From an uncultured Actinomycetota bacterium (lineage in GTDB: Bacteria > Actinomycetota > Actinomycetes > Actinomycetales > CAWJMD01): 64,000 bases of DNA. The DNA lies in assembly GCA_963825505.1 (NCBI GenBank), contig CAWGTL010000014.1:209944-273943 (forward strand). The letters run 5' to 3'. The notes beneath the pieces are model-generated. The model did not search any database. It saw nothing but the letters and a program-made list of their open reading frames with translations, and was not told where the DNA came from. Shown here piece by piece: positions 8,340-16,478 of the stretch. Each line of letters begins with the position of its first letter. Position 1 is the first letter of the stretch. Position numbers and translations under genes: made by a program.

Positions 8340-10891
8340 TGCACCTGCTCGTCCCGTGGCTGCTCGTCGGCGTGCTCGCCGGGCTGGGCGTGTACGGCGT
8401 GATCGCCCGGCGCAACGCGGTGATGGTCCTGGTCGGCGCCGAGCTGCTCCTCAACGCCGCGGTGCTGCTGCTGGTCACCACCGACGTCGCGCCCACGGGC
8501 CCGGCGGATCCCCTCCTGTCGGGCCAGGTGGGCGCGCTGTTCGCGGTCACGGTGGCCGCCGCCGAGATCGGCCTCGCGCTGGCGATCGTCCTGCTGCTGT
8601 TCCGCACCCGCGGCAGCGCCGACCTGCGGTCGGCCCGCTCGCTCGGCGAGACCGCCCGCGCCGTCGACCCGGCGGGTGAGCCCTCGGTGAGCCCGACCGA
8701 CCTCGTCCTGGTGCTCGTCCTCGCGCCGGCGCTCGCCGCGCTCGTCGGCCTCCCGCTCGGCCGGGTGCACCGGCGGCTCGCCGTCGCGTGCGGGGTCGGC
8801 GGAGCCCTGGTGTCGCTGCTCGCCGCGCTCTGGCTCGCCCGCGAGACCTGGGACGGCTACCCGTACGTGACCGCCGTGCCGTTCCTCGGCCGGGTCGACA
8901 CCGGCGCGGCGCCGGACACCTCGGCGCTCGACCTGCGAGTCGACGGTCTCGGCGGACTGGTGTCGGTGGCGGTCACGCTCGTCGCCCTCGGGGTGCAGGT
9001 GTACTCCGCCGGCTACCTGCGTCGGGCGCCCGACGACGCCTCCCACGCGGCGGACCCCGCGCCCACCCGCTACCCGGCGTACGCGGCCACCGTCTCGCTG
9101 TTCACCGCGGCGATGCTGCTCGTGGTGCAGGCCGACGACCTGTTCCTCGTGCTGGTCGGCTGGGAGGTCATGGGCATCTGCTCGTACCTGCTGGTGGGTC
9201 ACCACAGCGAGCGACCCGCAGCGCGTCGTGCCGCGGTGCAGGCGTTCCTGGTCACCCGGGTCGGCGACGTCGCGTTCGTGATCGGGATCATCGTCCTGTA
9301 CGCCTCCACCGGCACGAGCCAGATCGGTCGCGTCGTGGCGCAGGTCGACGAGATCGGCACGGGAACGGCCACTCTCGCGGCGCTGCTGCTGGTCGTCGGG
9401 GTGATGGGCAAGTCGGCCCAGTTCCCGTTCCACGGCTGGCTCCCGGACGCCATGGAGGGGCCGACGCCGGTCTCGGCGCTGATCCACGCCGCCACGATGG
9501 TGGCCGCCGGCGTCGTCGTCCTGGCACGGCTGCAGGCGTTGCTGGAAGCGGCGCCGATCGCCCTCGCGACGCTCGCCGTGGTCGCGACGGTGACGATGGT
9601 GGGTGCCGGTCTGGCCGCGCTCGTCGCCGACGACATCAAGCGGGTGCTGGCGTGGTCGACCATCAGCCAGGTCGCGATCATGCTCGGCGCGCTGTCGCTC
9701 GGCTCCGACGCCGGACGCGCGAGCGCACTGGCCCACCTGCTGTCGCACGCGGCGTTCAAGTCGCTGCTGTTCCTGGCGGCCGGCGTGCTGGCCCACCTGG
9801 CGGGCACCACGCTGCTGAGCGGGATCCACTCGATGGGACGCCGCGCACCGTGGACGACCGCCGCCTGGGTCGTCGGGCTGCTCTCGCTCGCCGCCCTGCC
9901 GCCGTTCGCCGGGTTCCTCTCCAAGGAGGGGGTGCTCACGGCGGCCGAGCACGGGGCGCTGGACGGTGACGGCAGCGCGCCCGCCTGGGTGGCGGCCACC
10001 CTGCTCGTGGGGATCGGCCTCACCTCGGTGCTCACCGGCGCCTACGCCGGTCGGATGCTCGCCGTCACGGTCCGCAGACCGCCTGCCGCAGAGCCGGTCT
10101 GGGACGAGGAGTGGGAGGAGGGGCCCTGGGAGGGCGCGGCCGCCGCCCCGGTCGCCACCGGCGAGGACGACTACGACCTGGTCTTCGCCATCGACCCGGA
10201 GTACCACCCCGAGGACTACGTGGCGCCGTCCCCGGCCGAGCGCGAGCGCGCGTTGCGCCTGGCCGCGGAGCGGGCCCGGCGCGAGGAGGCCCGCCGGGAG
10301 GCCGAGCGGCTCGAGGCGGAGCGGGTGCAGCTGCAGCAGGAGGAGGAGGCTGCGGCGCAGGAGCGCGCCGACGAGGACGACCGCGTGGCGGCGTCACGTC
10401 GCCGCGTCGCCCCGACGATGGGTCTGACCGTCGGGGTGCTCGCGCTCGTCACGCTCGCCGTGGCGGCGCTCCCGCTGGCCGGTGCCCGGCTGCTGGTACC
10501 GGTCGACCTCGAGCCCCTCACCGCTGCTGTCGGTGGTTTCCTCGCTCTCACAGGGCTTCTCATCGGCGTCTCGCGTGGACCGCGCGGCTCTGCCGACCTG
10601 GTCGACCGCGTGCCCGCCCGGCTGCGGGCTGCCGCGGCGTCGGGCTACGGCTACCAGGCGGCGCAGCAGGCGCTGGTGGTGCGTCCGGTTCAGGCGCTCG
10701 CCCGGCTGGTGGCCGCCGGGGACCGCGACGTCGTCGAGGGCTACGTGCGCGCCCCGGCCGTCGCTGCCCGCTGGCTCGGTGCCGGGCTGCGGCGCGTGCA
10801 GACCGGGGTGGTCACCGGCTACCTCTCGTGGGTGGTCGGCGTCGCCGTGGCCGTCGCCGTGGTGGCCGTCCTGGTGGGAGGCGGGCCGTGA
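8336..10891 (+). CDS. nuoL: Single 851-aa ORF fusing a NuoK-like domain (about aa 1-105) to NuoL
   Basis: The N-terminus, [45 protein letters not shown]...AAAEIGLALAIVLLLFR, is NuoK. There is no in-frame stop before the NuoL body (...WEVMGICSYLLVGHH...GKSAQFPFHGWLPDAMEGPTPVSALIHAATMV...). The C-terminal lateral-helix region carries a charged insertion. Confidence 0.8.
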   Translation: MMHLLVPWLLVGVLAGLGVYGVIARRNAVMVLVGAELLLNAAVLLLVTTDVAPTGPADPLLSGQVGALFAVTVAAAEIGLALAIVLLLFRTRGSADLRSARSLGETARAVDPAGEPSVSPTDLVLVLVLAPALAALVGLPLGRVHRRLAVACGVGGALVSLLAALWLARETWDGYPYVTAVPFLGRVDTGAAPDTSALDLRVDGLGGLVSVAVTLVALGVQVYSAGYLRRAPDDASHAADPAPTRYPAYAATVSLFTAAMLLVVQADDLFLVLVGWEVMGICSYLLVGHHSERPAARRAAVQAFLVTRVGDVAFVIGIIVLYASTGTSQIGRVVAQVDEIGTGTATLAALLLVVGVMGKSAQFPFHGWLPDAMEGPTPVSALIHAATMVAAGVVVLARLQALLEAAPIALATLAVVATVTMVGAGLAALVADDIKRVLAWSTISQVAIMLGALSLGSDAGRASALAHLLSHAAFKSLLFLAAGVLAHLAGTTLLSGIHSMGRRAPWTTAAWVVGLLSLAALPPFAGFLSKEGVLTAAEHGALDGDGSAPAWVAATLLVGIGLTSVLTGAYAGRMLAVTVRRPPAAEPVWDEEWEEGPWEGAAAAPVATGEDDYDLVFAIDPEYHPEDYVAPSPAERERALRLAAERARREEARREAERLEAERVQLQQEEEAAAQERADEDDRVAASRRRVAPTMGLTVGVLALVTLAVAALPLAGARLLVPVDLEPLTAAVGGFLALTGLLIGVSRGPRGSADLVDRVPARLRAAAASGYGYQAAQQALVVRPVQALARLVAAGDRDVVEGYVRAPAVAARWLGAGLRRVQTGVVTGYLSWVVGVAVAVAVVAVLVGGGP

Positions 10892-10953
10892 GCGAGCGCA
10901 GCGAGCGAACCATCGAGCGCAGTCGGCGGTCGACGGCGAGGAACGAGCCGTGA
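10888..10953 (+). repeat. Intercistronic 66-nt mini-ORF element, copy 2 (VSERSERTIERSRRSTARNEP*)
   Basis: GTGA at 10888-10891 overlaps the nuoL stop, and GTGA at 10950-10953 overlaps the nuoM start. The sequence is GTGAGCGAGCGCAGCGAGCGAACCATCGAGCGCAGTCGGCGGTCGACGGCGAGGAACGAGCCGTGA. Confidence 0.9.
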
Positions 10954-12558
10954 CCGGCGGCGAGCTGCTGCTGGTGGCGGCGCCGACGGTGCCGCTGGTG
11001 GGCGCCGCTGCCACGCTGCTCACGCGCCGGATCCCGGGCGTCCCGGCCGCGGTGGCGCTCGCGTCGGCTGCGCTCGGCGCGCTCGTCGCCGTCGGCCTGC
11101 TGCTGGTCGCGCCGCCGTGGCGCGAGGCGGGCGACTCGGTCGCCGTCGACCTGCCCTGGGCCGACCTCCTGGGCAGCCGGCTGCGGCTCGGCTGGGACGG
11201 CATCACGGCGCCGTTGGTCGTCCTGACCGCCGTGCTGGTGCTGCTCTGCGTCCTCTACCTGCGCTGGACCGCCGACGGCCACGACCCGGTCGCCGACGGC
11301 GGGGAGGGTGCCCACGCGCACGACACCCCGCGCGACGACGCGCCACCGGCCCTGCTGGCGGCGCTGCTGCTCGTCGGCTCCGGCGCCGTCGCCACGTTCG
11401 TCGCCCGCGACCTGCTGCTGTTCTTCGTCGCGTTCGAGACCGTCCTGGTGCCGATGTGGTTCGTGGTGGCCAGGTTCGGCGACGCCTCGGCCCGGCCGGG
11501 GGAGCGCGACGGCGTGGCCGCGCGGTCGGCCGCCGCGACGCGCTTCGTGCTCTACACCGCCGCGGGCTCCGCGGTGATGCTCATCGGGCTGGTGCTGCTC
11601 GTGGTGCGCACCGGCACCACCGACATGCTCGAGATCGCCCGGGTGGCACCCGATCTCGACTCCGGCACCCAGGCAACGGTCGCCCTGTTCCTGCTGCTGG
11701 GCCTCGGGGTGAAGGTGCCGGTCTGGCCGCTGCACTCCTGGCTGCCGCCGGCTCACACCATCGCGCCGACGGTCGGGTCCGTGCTGCTGGCCGGTGTGCT
11801 GCTCAAGCTCGGCAGCTACGGCCTCGTGCGGCTGGTCGCCGGGCTCGTGCCGGACGGCCTCGCGCGCTGGTCGGTGCCGCTCGCGGCGGTGGGCGTCGTC
11901 GGCGTGCTCTGGGGCGGACTGGTGTGCCTCGTCGAGCGCGACCTCAAGCGGTTGGTCGCCTTCTCGTCCGTGGCCCACATGGGCTTCGTGGCGCTCGGTG
12001 TCGCGTCCGGGACGCCGGAGGGGTTGCAAGGTGCGCTGTTCGTCGGCGTCGCGCACGGCGTCGTCACAGGTCTGCTGTTCTTCGTCGTCGGGATGCTGAA
12101 GCACCGCACGCACACCGCCGACCTGCACTCGCTCGGCTCCGGGCTGCGCGACCGCTCGCCGCGGCTTGGGCTGGGTGCTCGCGCTCGGCTGCATCGCGGG
12201 GCTGGGGCTGCCGGGACTGGCCGGGTTCTGGGGCGAGGTCCTGGCGCTCGTGGGCACCTGGCGCGGTGAGGAGCGGCTGGGCGGCGCCGGCGCGGTGGCG
12301 TTCACCGTCGCCGCGGCCGTCGGCACGGCGCTCGCCGCGGCCTACCTGCTCCGCGTCCTGTACCTGGTGTGGCACGGTCCGGCGGAGGAGCCCCGCGACG
12401 CAACCGCGGCCGTGGGGACGGGCGACCTGCGACGCGGCGAGCAGGTGGTGCTCGCGCCGCTCGTGCTGGCCGCGGTCGCGTTCGGCGTGCTCCCGTGGCT
12501 CCTGCTCTCGCTCACCGGTCCCGCAGTGCGGCTGCTGCTCGAGGCGGGTGCCGGGTGA
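10950..12558 (+). pseudogene. nuoM: NADH-quinone oxidoreductase subunit M, reading frame broken by one extra base near 12168-12171
   Basis: The frame from GTG 10950 gives VTGGELLLVAAPT...FFVAFETVLVPMWF...VPVWPLHSWLPPAHT...AFSSVAHMGF...LRDRSPRLG and then turns to nonsense. The +1 frame (track ORF 12166..12558) continues with WVLALGCIAGLGLPGLAGFWGEVLAL.... The junction is cgg ctt ggg c tgg gtg. Confidence 0.8.
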
Positions 12559-14009
12559 GCGTCCAGTCCGTCGACGTCGTCGCCACCGGACCGGTTCTCG
12601 TCACCGGCCTGGCTGTGCTCGTCGTCCTCGTCGTCCAGGCGGTGCTGCCGGGACGGCGGCTGGTGCTCGACGCCGTCGCGGTCGGCGGCCTCGGCCTGGC
12701 CGGCGTCGCGCTGGTGGTGCTCGCCGCGGGCGACCTGCCGCGAGCCACGTTCTGCGCGCAGGGCGTCGGGGCAGGGCGGTGCTCGTTCGTCGCCGATCCC
12801 GTCACGGTGGCGTTGCAGCTCGTGGTGCTGCTGACGGCGGTGATCGCGCTGCTGCTCGCGCTCGACGGTCCCGGCGCCTCGGGACGCACGACCCGGGCGG
12901 AGCACCACGCGCTGCTGCTGGCGGCGGTCGCCGGTGCGCTGGCCCTCGCCGGCGCGCGCGACCTCGCGACGCTGGTGGTGGCCCTGGAGACCGCGTCGCT
13001 GCCGGTCGTGGGGCTGGTGGCCCTGCGGCGCGACGCCGACGGCGCGCAGGCTGCCACGAAGCTGCTGCTGGTGGCCGTCACCTCGCTCGGGCTGCTGCTG
13101 CTCGGCGTGGCGCTGATCTACGCGGGCACCGGTTCCCTGCACCTGTCAGCGGTCGCGGCCGCCACCGCTGACGGCGGCTCTCCGGTGGTCGTTCTCGGCA
13201 CCGTGCTCGCCGTGGCGGGGATCGGCTACAAGGTGGCAGCGCTGCCGTTCGGCCTGTGGGTGCCCGACGTGTACGCCGGGTCCCCGGTGCCGGTCGCGGC
13301 CTTCCTGTCCACGACCTCGAAGGTGGCCGGTCTCGCGGCCGCGGCGATCCTGCTCGTCATCGGGCTGCCGGGCGACTCCGCCTCGTGGCAGCCGTGGTTC
13401 GCGGTGCTCGTGGTCGCGACGATGACGATCGGCAACCTGGTGGCCCTCGCCCAGACCGGCGCGGTGCGGCTGCTCGCCTGGTCGACGGTGGCCCAGGCGG
13501 GGTGGGTGCTCCTGCCGCTGCTCGGCACCGGCGACGCCGGCACCCGGATCGGTTCGGCGGCGGTGTACCTGCTCGCCTACGGGACGGCGTCCGCGGTCGC
13601 CTTCGCCGTCGTCGTGCTGGTGACGCGGCACCACGTCTCCGGTGCCGGCCACCTGCTGGAGGACCACCGCGGGCTGGTCCGCCGCGAGCCCGTCGCCGCT
13701 CTGCTCCTCGCGCTCGCCCTGCTGAGCCTCGCCGGGCTGCCGCCGGGCGTCGCGGGGCTGGTGGCGAAGGTGGCCGCCCTGCGGCCCGTGGTCGACGACG
13801 GGCTCTGGTGGGTCGCGGCCGCGGCGGCCCTGAACGTGGCGCTCGGTCTGGCCTACTACCTGCGCTGGACCGCCCTGCTGCTGGCACGCCCGACCGACGA
13901 CGACCCGCCCCCCACCTGGCAGGTGCGACCGGCCGAGGGGGCCGCGCTGGGGCTCGGCGGGGTGCTGCTCGTGGCGTTCTGCGTCGTCCCCGGCCTGATG
14001 GTGCTCTGA
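12555..14009 (+). CDS. nuoN: NADH-quinone oxidoreductase subunit N
   Basis: GTGA overlaps the nuoM stop. The product reads VSVQSVDVVATGPVLV...YKVAALPFGLWVPDVYAGSPVPVAAFLSTTSK...LLAWSTVAQAGWVL.... Confidence 0.85.
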   Translation: MSVQSVDVVATGPVLVTGLAVLVVLVVQAVLPGRRLVLDAVAVGGLGLAGVALVVLAAGDLPRATFCAQGVGAGRCSFVADPVTVALQLVVLLTAVIALLLALDGPGASGRTTRAEHHALLLAAVAGALALAGARDLATLVVALETASLPVVGLVALRRDADGAQAATKLLLVAVTSLGLLLLGVALIYAGTGSLHLSAVAAATADGGSPVVVLGTVLAVAGIGYKVAALPFGLWVPDVYAGSPVPVAAFLSTTSKVAGLAAAAILLVIGLPGDSASWQPWFAVLVVATMTIGNLVALAQTGAVRLLAWSTVAQAGWVLLPLLGTGDAGTRIGSAAVYLLAYGTASAVAFAVVVLVTRHHVSGAGHLLEDHRGLVRREPVAALLLALALLSLAGLPPGVAGLVAKVAALRPVVDDGLWWVAAAAALNVALGLAYYLRWTALLLARPTDDDPPPTWQVRPAEGAALGLGGVLLVAFCVVPGLMVL

Positions 14010-14101
14010 GGGGTGCGGGCGGGCGGGTCCGAGGACGTAGGCCTCCAAGCGGTTCTCGCCGCAGACCGATGAGTTCCTGCGCCGACGGCGGTCCACCTGG
14101 C

Positions 14102-14470
14102 ATGACCCAGTACCTGCTGACCGTCCCGCACGACTCCACCGAGGAGCCGACCATGGAGACCATGGACCCGGCCGAGCTCGAGGCGGCGCTGGCCGCCACG
14201 GGCGCCATCATCGAGGAGCTGACGTCGACCGGCGCCTTCGTCTTCGCCGGCGGGCTGATGCCGCCCTCGAGCGCGATCACCGTCGACAACACCGGTGACT
14301 CGCTGAGCACCGTCAACGCCCCGTTCGTCGAGGCGCCCGAGTACGTCGGGGGCTTCTGGGTGATCGACGTCGCCGACGAGGAGACCGCGGTCGGCTGGGC
14401 CGCCCGCGCGTCGAAGGCTCTCGGCGGTCGGATCGAGGTCCGCGCCTTCCAGGAGACGCCGGCCGAGTGA
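14102..14470 (+). CDS. YCII-related domain protein
   Basis: MTQYLLTVPHDSTEEPTMETMDPAELEAALAATGAIIEELTSTGAFVFAGGLMPPSSA...GGFWVIDVADEETAVGWAARASKALGGRIEVRAF is a YciI/DGPF-like pattern. Confidence 0.65.
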   Translation: MTQYLLTVPHDSTEEPTMETMDPAELEAALAATGAIIEELTSTGAFVFAGGLMPPSSAITVDNTGDSLSTVNAPFVEAPEYVGGFWVIDVADEETAVGWAARASKALGGRIEVRAFQETPAE

Positions 14471-14957
14471 CCGCGGTGTCGGGCCTCAGGTCCTCGCGAC
14501 GTGCAAGCGACCTGACGCCGACCCACCGTGGTGTCGACGCGCGGTAGGACTCGTACTCGGCTCCGAACCGTCCGAGCAGGGCGGGCTCCTCCGCCGCGAC
14601 CTGCAGCCGGTCGACGACCGCGACGAACCCGGCGACCGGGAGCAGCGCGGCCCACGATCCGCGCCACACCGCGTGCGCCACGAGCACTCCCGCCATGCCC
14701 ACGTACATGGGATTGCGGGTGATCGCGTTGGGGCCGGTCGTGATGAGCACCGACGCCCGGTCGGGGTGCAGCGGGTCGACGGTCGTGGCGCTGCGCCGGA
14801 AGAGACCCGCTGACGCACCGGCCAGTGAGAGGGACGCCAGGCCCACCACCGTCGCCAGGGCAGCCCGACCTGCGTCCGGCTTCACCGTCGCGCCCGTGAG
14901 CGCACGCTGGACCAGGCCGGCAGCGAGCGCCACGACGGGAGGAGGGACGTGCATCAC
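14313..14957 (-). CDS. Isoprenylcysteine carboxyl / phospholipid methyltransferase family membrane protein; the 3' end is doubtful
   Basis: ...LITTGPNAITRNPMYVGMAGVLVAHA...EEPALLGRFGAEYESYRASTPRW is an ICMT/PEMT-type motif. The last 50 or so codons are Arg-rich and are antisense to the YCII gene (14313-14470). Confidence 0.6.
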   Translation of the reverse strand: MMHVPPPVVALAAGLVQRALTGATVKPDAGRAALATVVGLASLSLAGASAGLFRRSATTVDPLHPDRASVLITTGPNAITRNPMYVGMAGVLVAHAVWRGSWAALLPVAGFVAVVDRLQVAAEEPALLGRFGAEYESYRASTPRWVGVRSLARREDLRPDTAVTRPASPGRRGPRSDRREPSTRGRPSRPRSPRRRRRSPRSPRRTRAPRRTGR

Positions 14958-15056
14958 GTCGACCAGGCTCCTCCGGCTGAGCGGGCCTGTCGAGCGCGCT
15001 CCGAGCGCACGGCCGTCACCGGTGGTGGACTACCGCTCCGGTGGTTTGATCGTGCC

Positions 15057-15950
15057 ATGCGGATCTTCTTCACCGGGGGCAGCGGCAAGGCCGGCAAGCA
15101 CGTCGTGGCCCACCTCGTCGAGCAGGGCCACCAGGTCACCAACGCCGACCTCACCCCGCTGAGGCACCCGGATGTCGCGGACCTGAGGGTCGACCTCACC
15201 GACGCCGGTCAGACCTACTCGGCGCTGGCCGGTCTGGCGAGGTTCGAAGAGCTCGACCTGGCAGCGAAGCCTGCGTACGACGCCGTCGTGCACTTCGCGG
15301 CGGTGCCGGCGATCCTCATCGCCCCCGACGCCAGCACCTACGCGACGAACGTGCTGAGCACCTACAACGTGCTCGAGGCCGCGACGCGGCTGGGCGTCCG
15401 CAAGATCGTGTTCGCGTCGTCGGAGACGACGTACGGGATCTGCTTCGCCCAGGGCGAGCGGCGACCGCTGTACCTGCCGGTCGACGAGGACCACCCGACC
15501 GTGCCCGAGGACTCCTACGCCATGTCCAAGGTGACGAACGAGGTGACGGCGCGGTCCTTCCAGGCGCGCACCGGCGCCGACGTCTACGGCCTGCGGATCA
15601 ACAACGTCATCGAGCCGCACGAGTACGCCGAGACGTTCCCCGCCTTCCTCGCCGATCCCTCGCTGAGGCGGCGCAACGTCTTCGCCTACATCGACACCCG
15701 GGACCTGGGCCAGATGGTGCAGCGCTGCCTGGAGGTCGACGGGCTCGGGTACGAGGTCTTCAACGTCGCCAACGCGGACCTGTCCGTCGCCCTGACGACC
15801 GACGAGGTGCGCGACCGCTTCTACGGCGACGTGGAGCTGCGTCGGCCGATGGGTCGTGAGGAGACCTTCTACTGCATCGACAAGGCGCGCGAGCTGCTCG
15901 GCTTCGCGCCGCAGCACTCCTGGCGCGACGTCCTGCCCGCTCCTCGGTAG
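15057..15950 (+). CDS. NAD-dependent epimerase/dehydratase (SDR) family protein
   Basis: MRIFFTGGSGKAGKHVVAHL... is a Rossmann GxxGxxG motif, and ...YAMSKV... is a YxxxK motif. I take the internal ATG at 15057 as the start. Confidence 0.8.
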   Translation: MRIFFTGGSGKAGKHVVAHLVEQGHQVTNADLTPLRHPDVADLRVDLTDAGQTYSALAGLARFEELDLAAKPAYDAVVHFAAVPAILIAPDASTYATNVLSTYNVLEAATRLGVRKIVFASSETTYGICFAQGERRPLYLPVDEDHPTVPEDSYAMSKVTNEVTARSFQARTGADVYGLRINNVIEPHEYAETFPAFLADPSLRRRNVFAYIDTRDLGQMVQRCLEVDGLGYEVFNVANADLSVALTTDEVRDRFYGDVELRRPMGREETFYCIDKARELLGFAPQHSWRDVLPAPR

Positions 15951-15983
15951 ACGTCCGACCGGCTGCGCAGGTGCCGCGGCCGA

Positions 15984-16364
15984 CTACTCCACGACGGCCG
16001 TCATCCGGATGGACACGAGCACCCCGGGGATCTCCGGACCCAGACGCGCCACGTAGCGCGTCGGCGGGCTCTCGGGGAAGTGCCGCGCGTAGGCCTCGTT
16101 GAGGCCGGCGAAGTCCTCCGGGCGCGCCAGGAGCACGCCCACCTCGACGACGTCCTCGCGAGACCCGCCGCCGGCCGTGATCACGCGTTCGCAGTTCGCC
16201 AGGGCCTGCTCGGTCTGGTCAGCGATGCTCGGGCCGGCCAGCTCACCGGTCGTGGTGTCGGTGCCGGTCATCCCCGAGACGTGGATGTGGCTCCCGACCC
16301 GGACACCTTGCGCGAACAGCGGTGACCGCGGTGCCTCGGGGGTGCTGATGGTGTGACGGACCAC
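15984..16364 (-). CDS. ridA: RidA/YjgF family reactive-intermediate deaminase
   Basis: The 126-aa product contains PEAPRSPLFAQGVRVGSHIHVSGMTG...EQALANCERV...PTRYVARL. Confidence 0.75.
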   Translation of the reverse strand: MVRHTISTPEAPRSPLFAQGVRVGSHIHVSGMTGTDTTTGELAGPSIADQTEQALANCERVITAGGGSREDVVEVGVLLARPEDFAGLNEAYARHFPESPPTRYVARLGPEIPGVLVSIRMTAVVE

Positions 16365-16478
16365 GGCGGCCTCCTACGGTGTGCTGGGTATCCGTGGCGC
16401 CGATTCTTGTCGTCGGCGGGGCCGTCGTCCACGAGCCGGCACGGTCGGTCGGCTGTCGCGCCGACCGCGAGCCGGGAC

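Noticed and set aside
7982-10207. A 741-aa minus-strand ORF opposite nuoJ/K/L. Similar long antisense ORFs include 10812..12326, 13146..14096, 13357..14667, 28889..31480, 35347..37200, 43081..45846, 47385..49469, 54390..57038 and 57746..59476.
   Set aside because: All are Arg/Gly/Pro/Asp-rich shadows of strongly supported genes on the other strand. 28889..31480 even runs across tRNA-Tyr, and 54390..57038 is antisense to rplJ/rplL.
12165-12175. Whether GGG-C sites are programmed +1 ribosomal frameshift sites, since the same context occurs at nuoM, lacI and two MFS breaks.
   Set aside because: GCCGGGC/CTCGGGC strings are extremely common in intact genes of this window. There is no slippery or stall context and no conserved downstream structure. 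Two of the six breaks, at 34553 and about 34900, lack the motif. Indel mutation or homopolymer miscalling is the simpler explanation.
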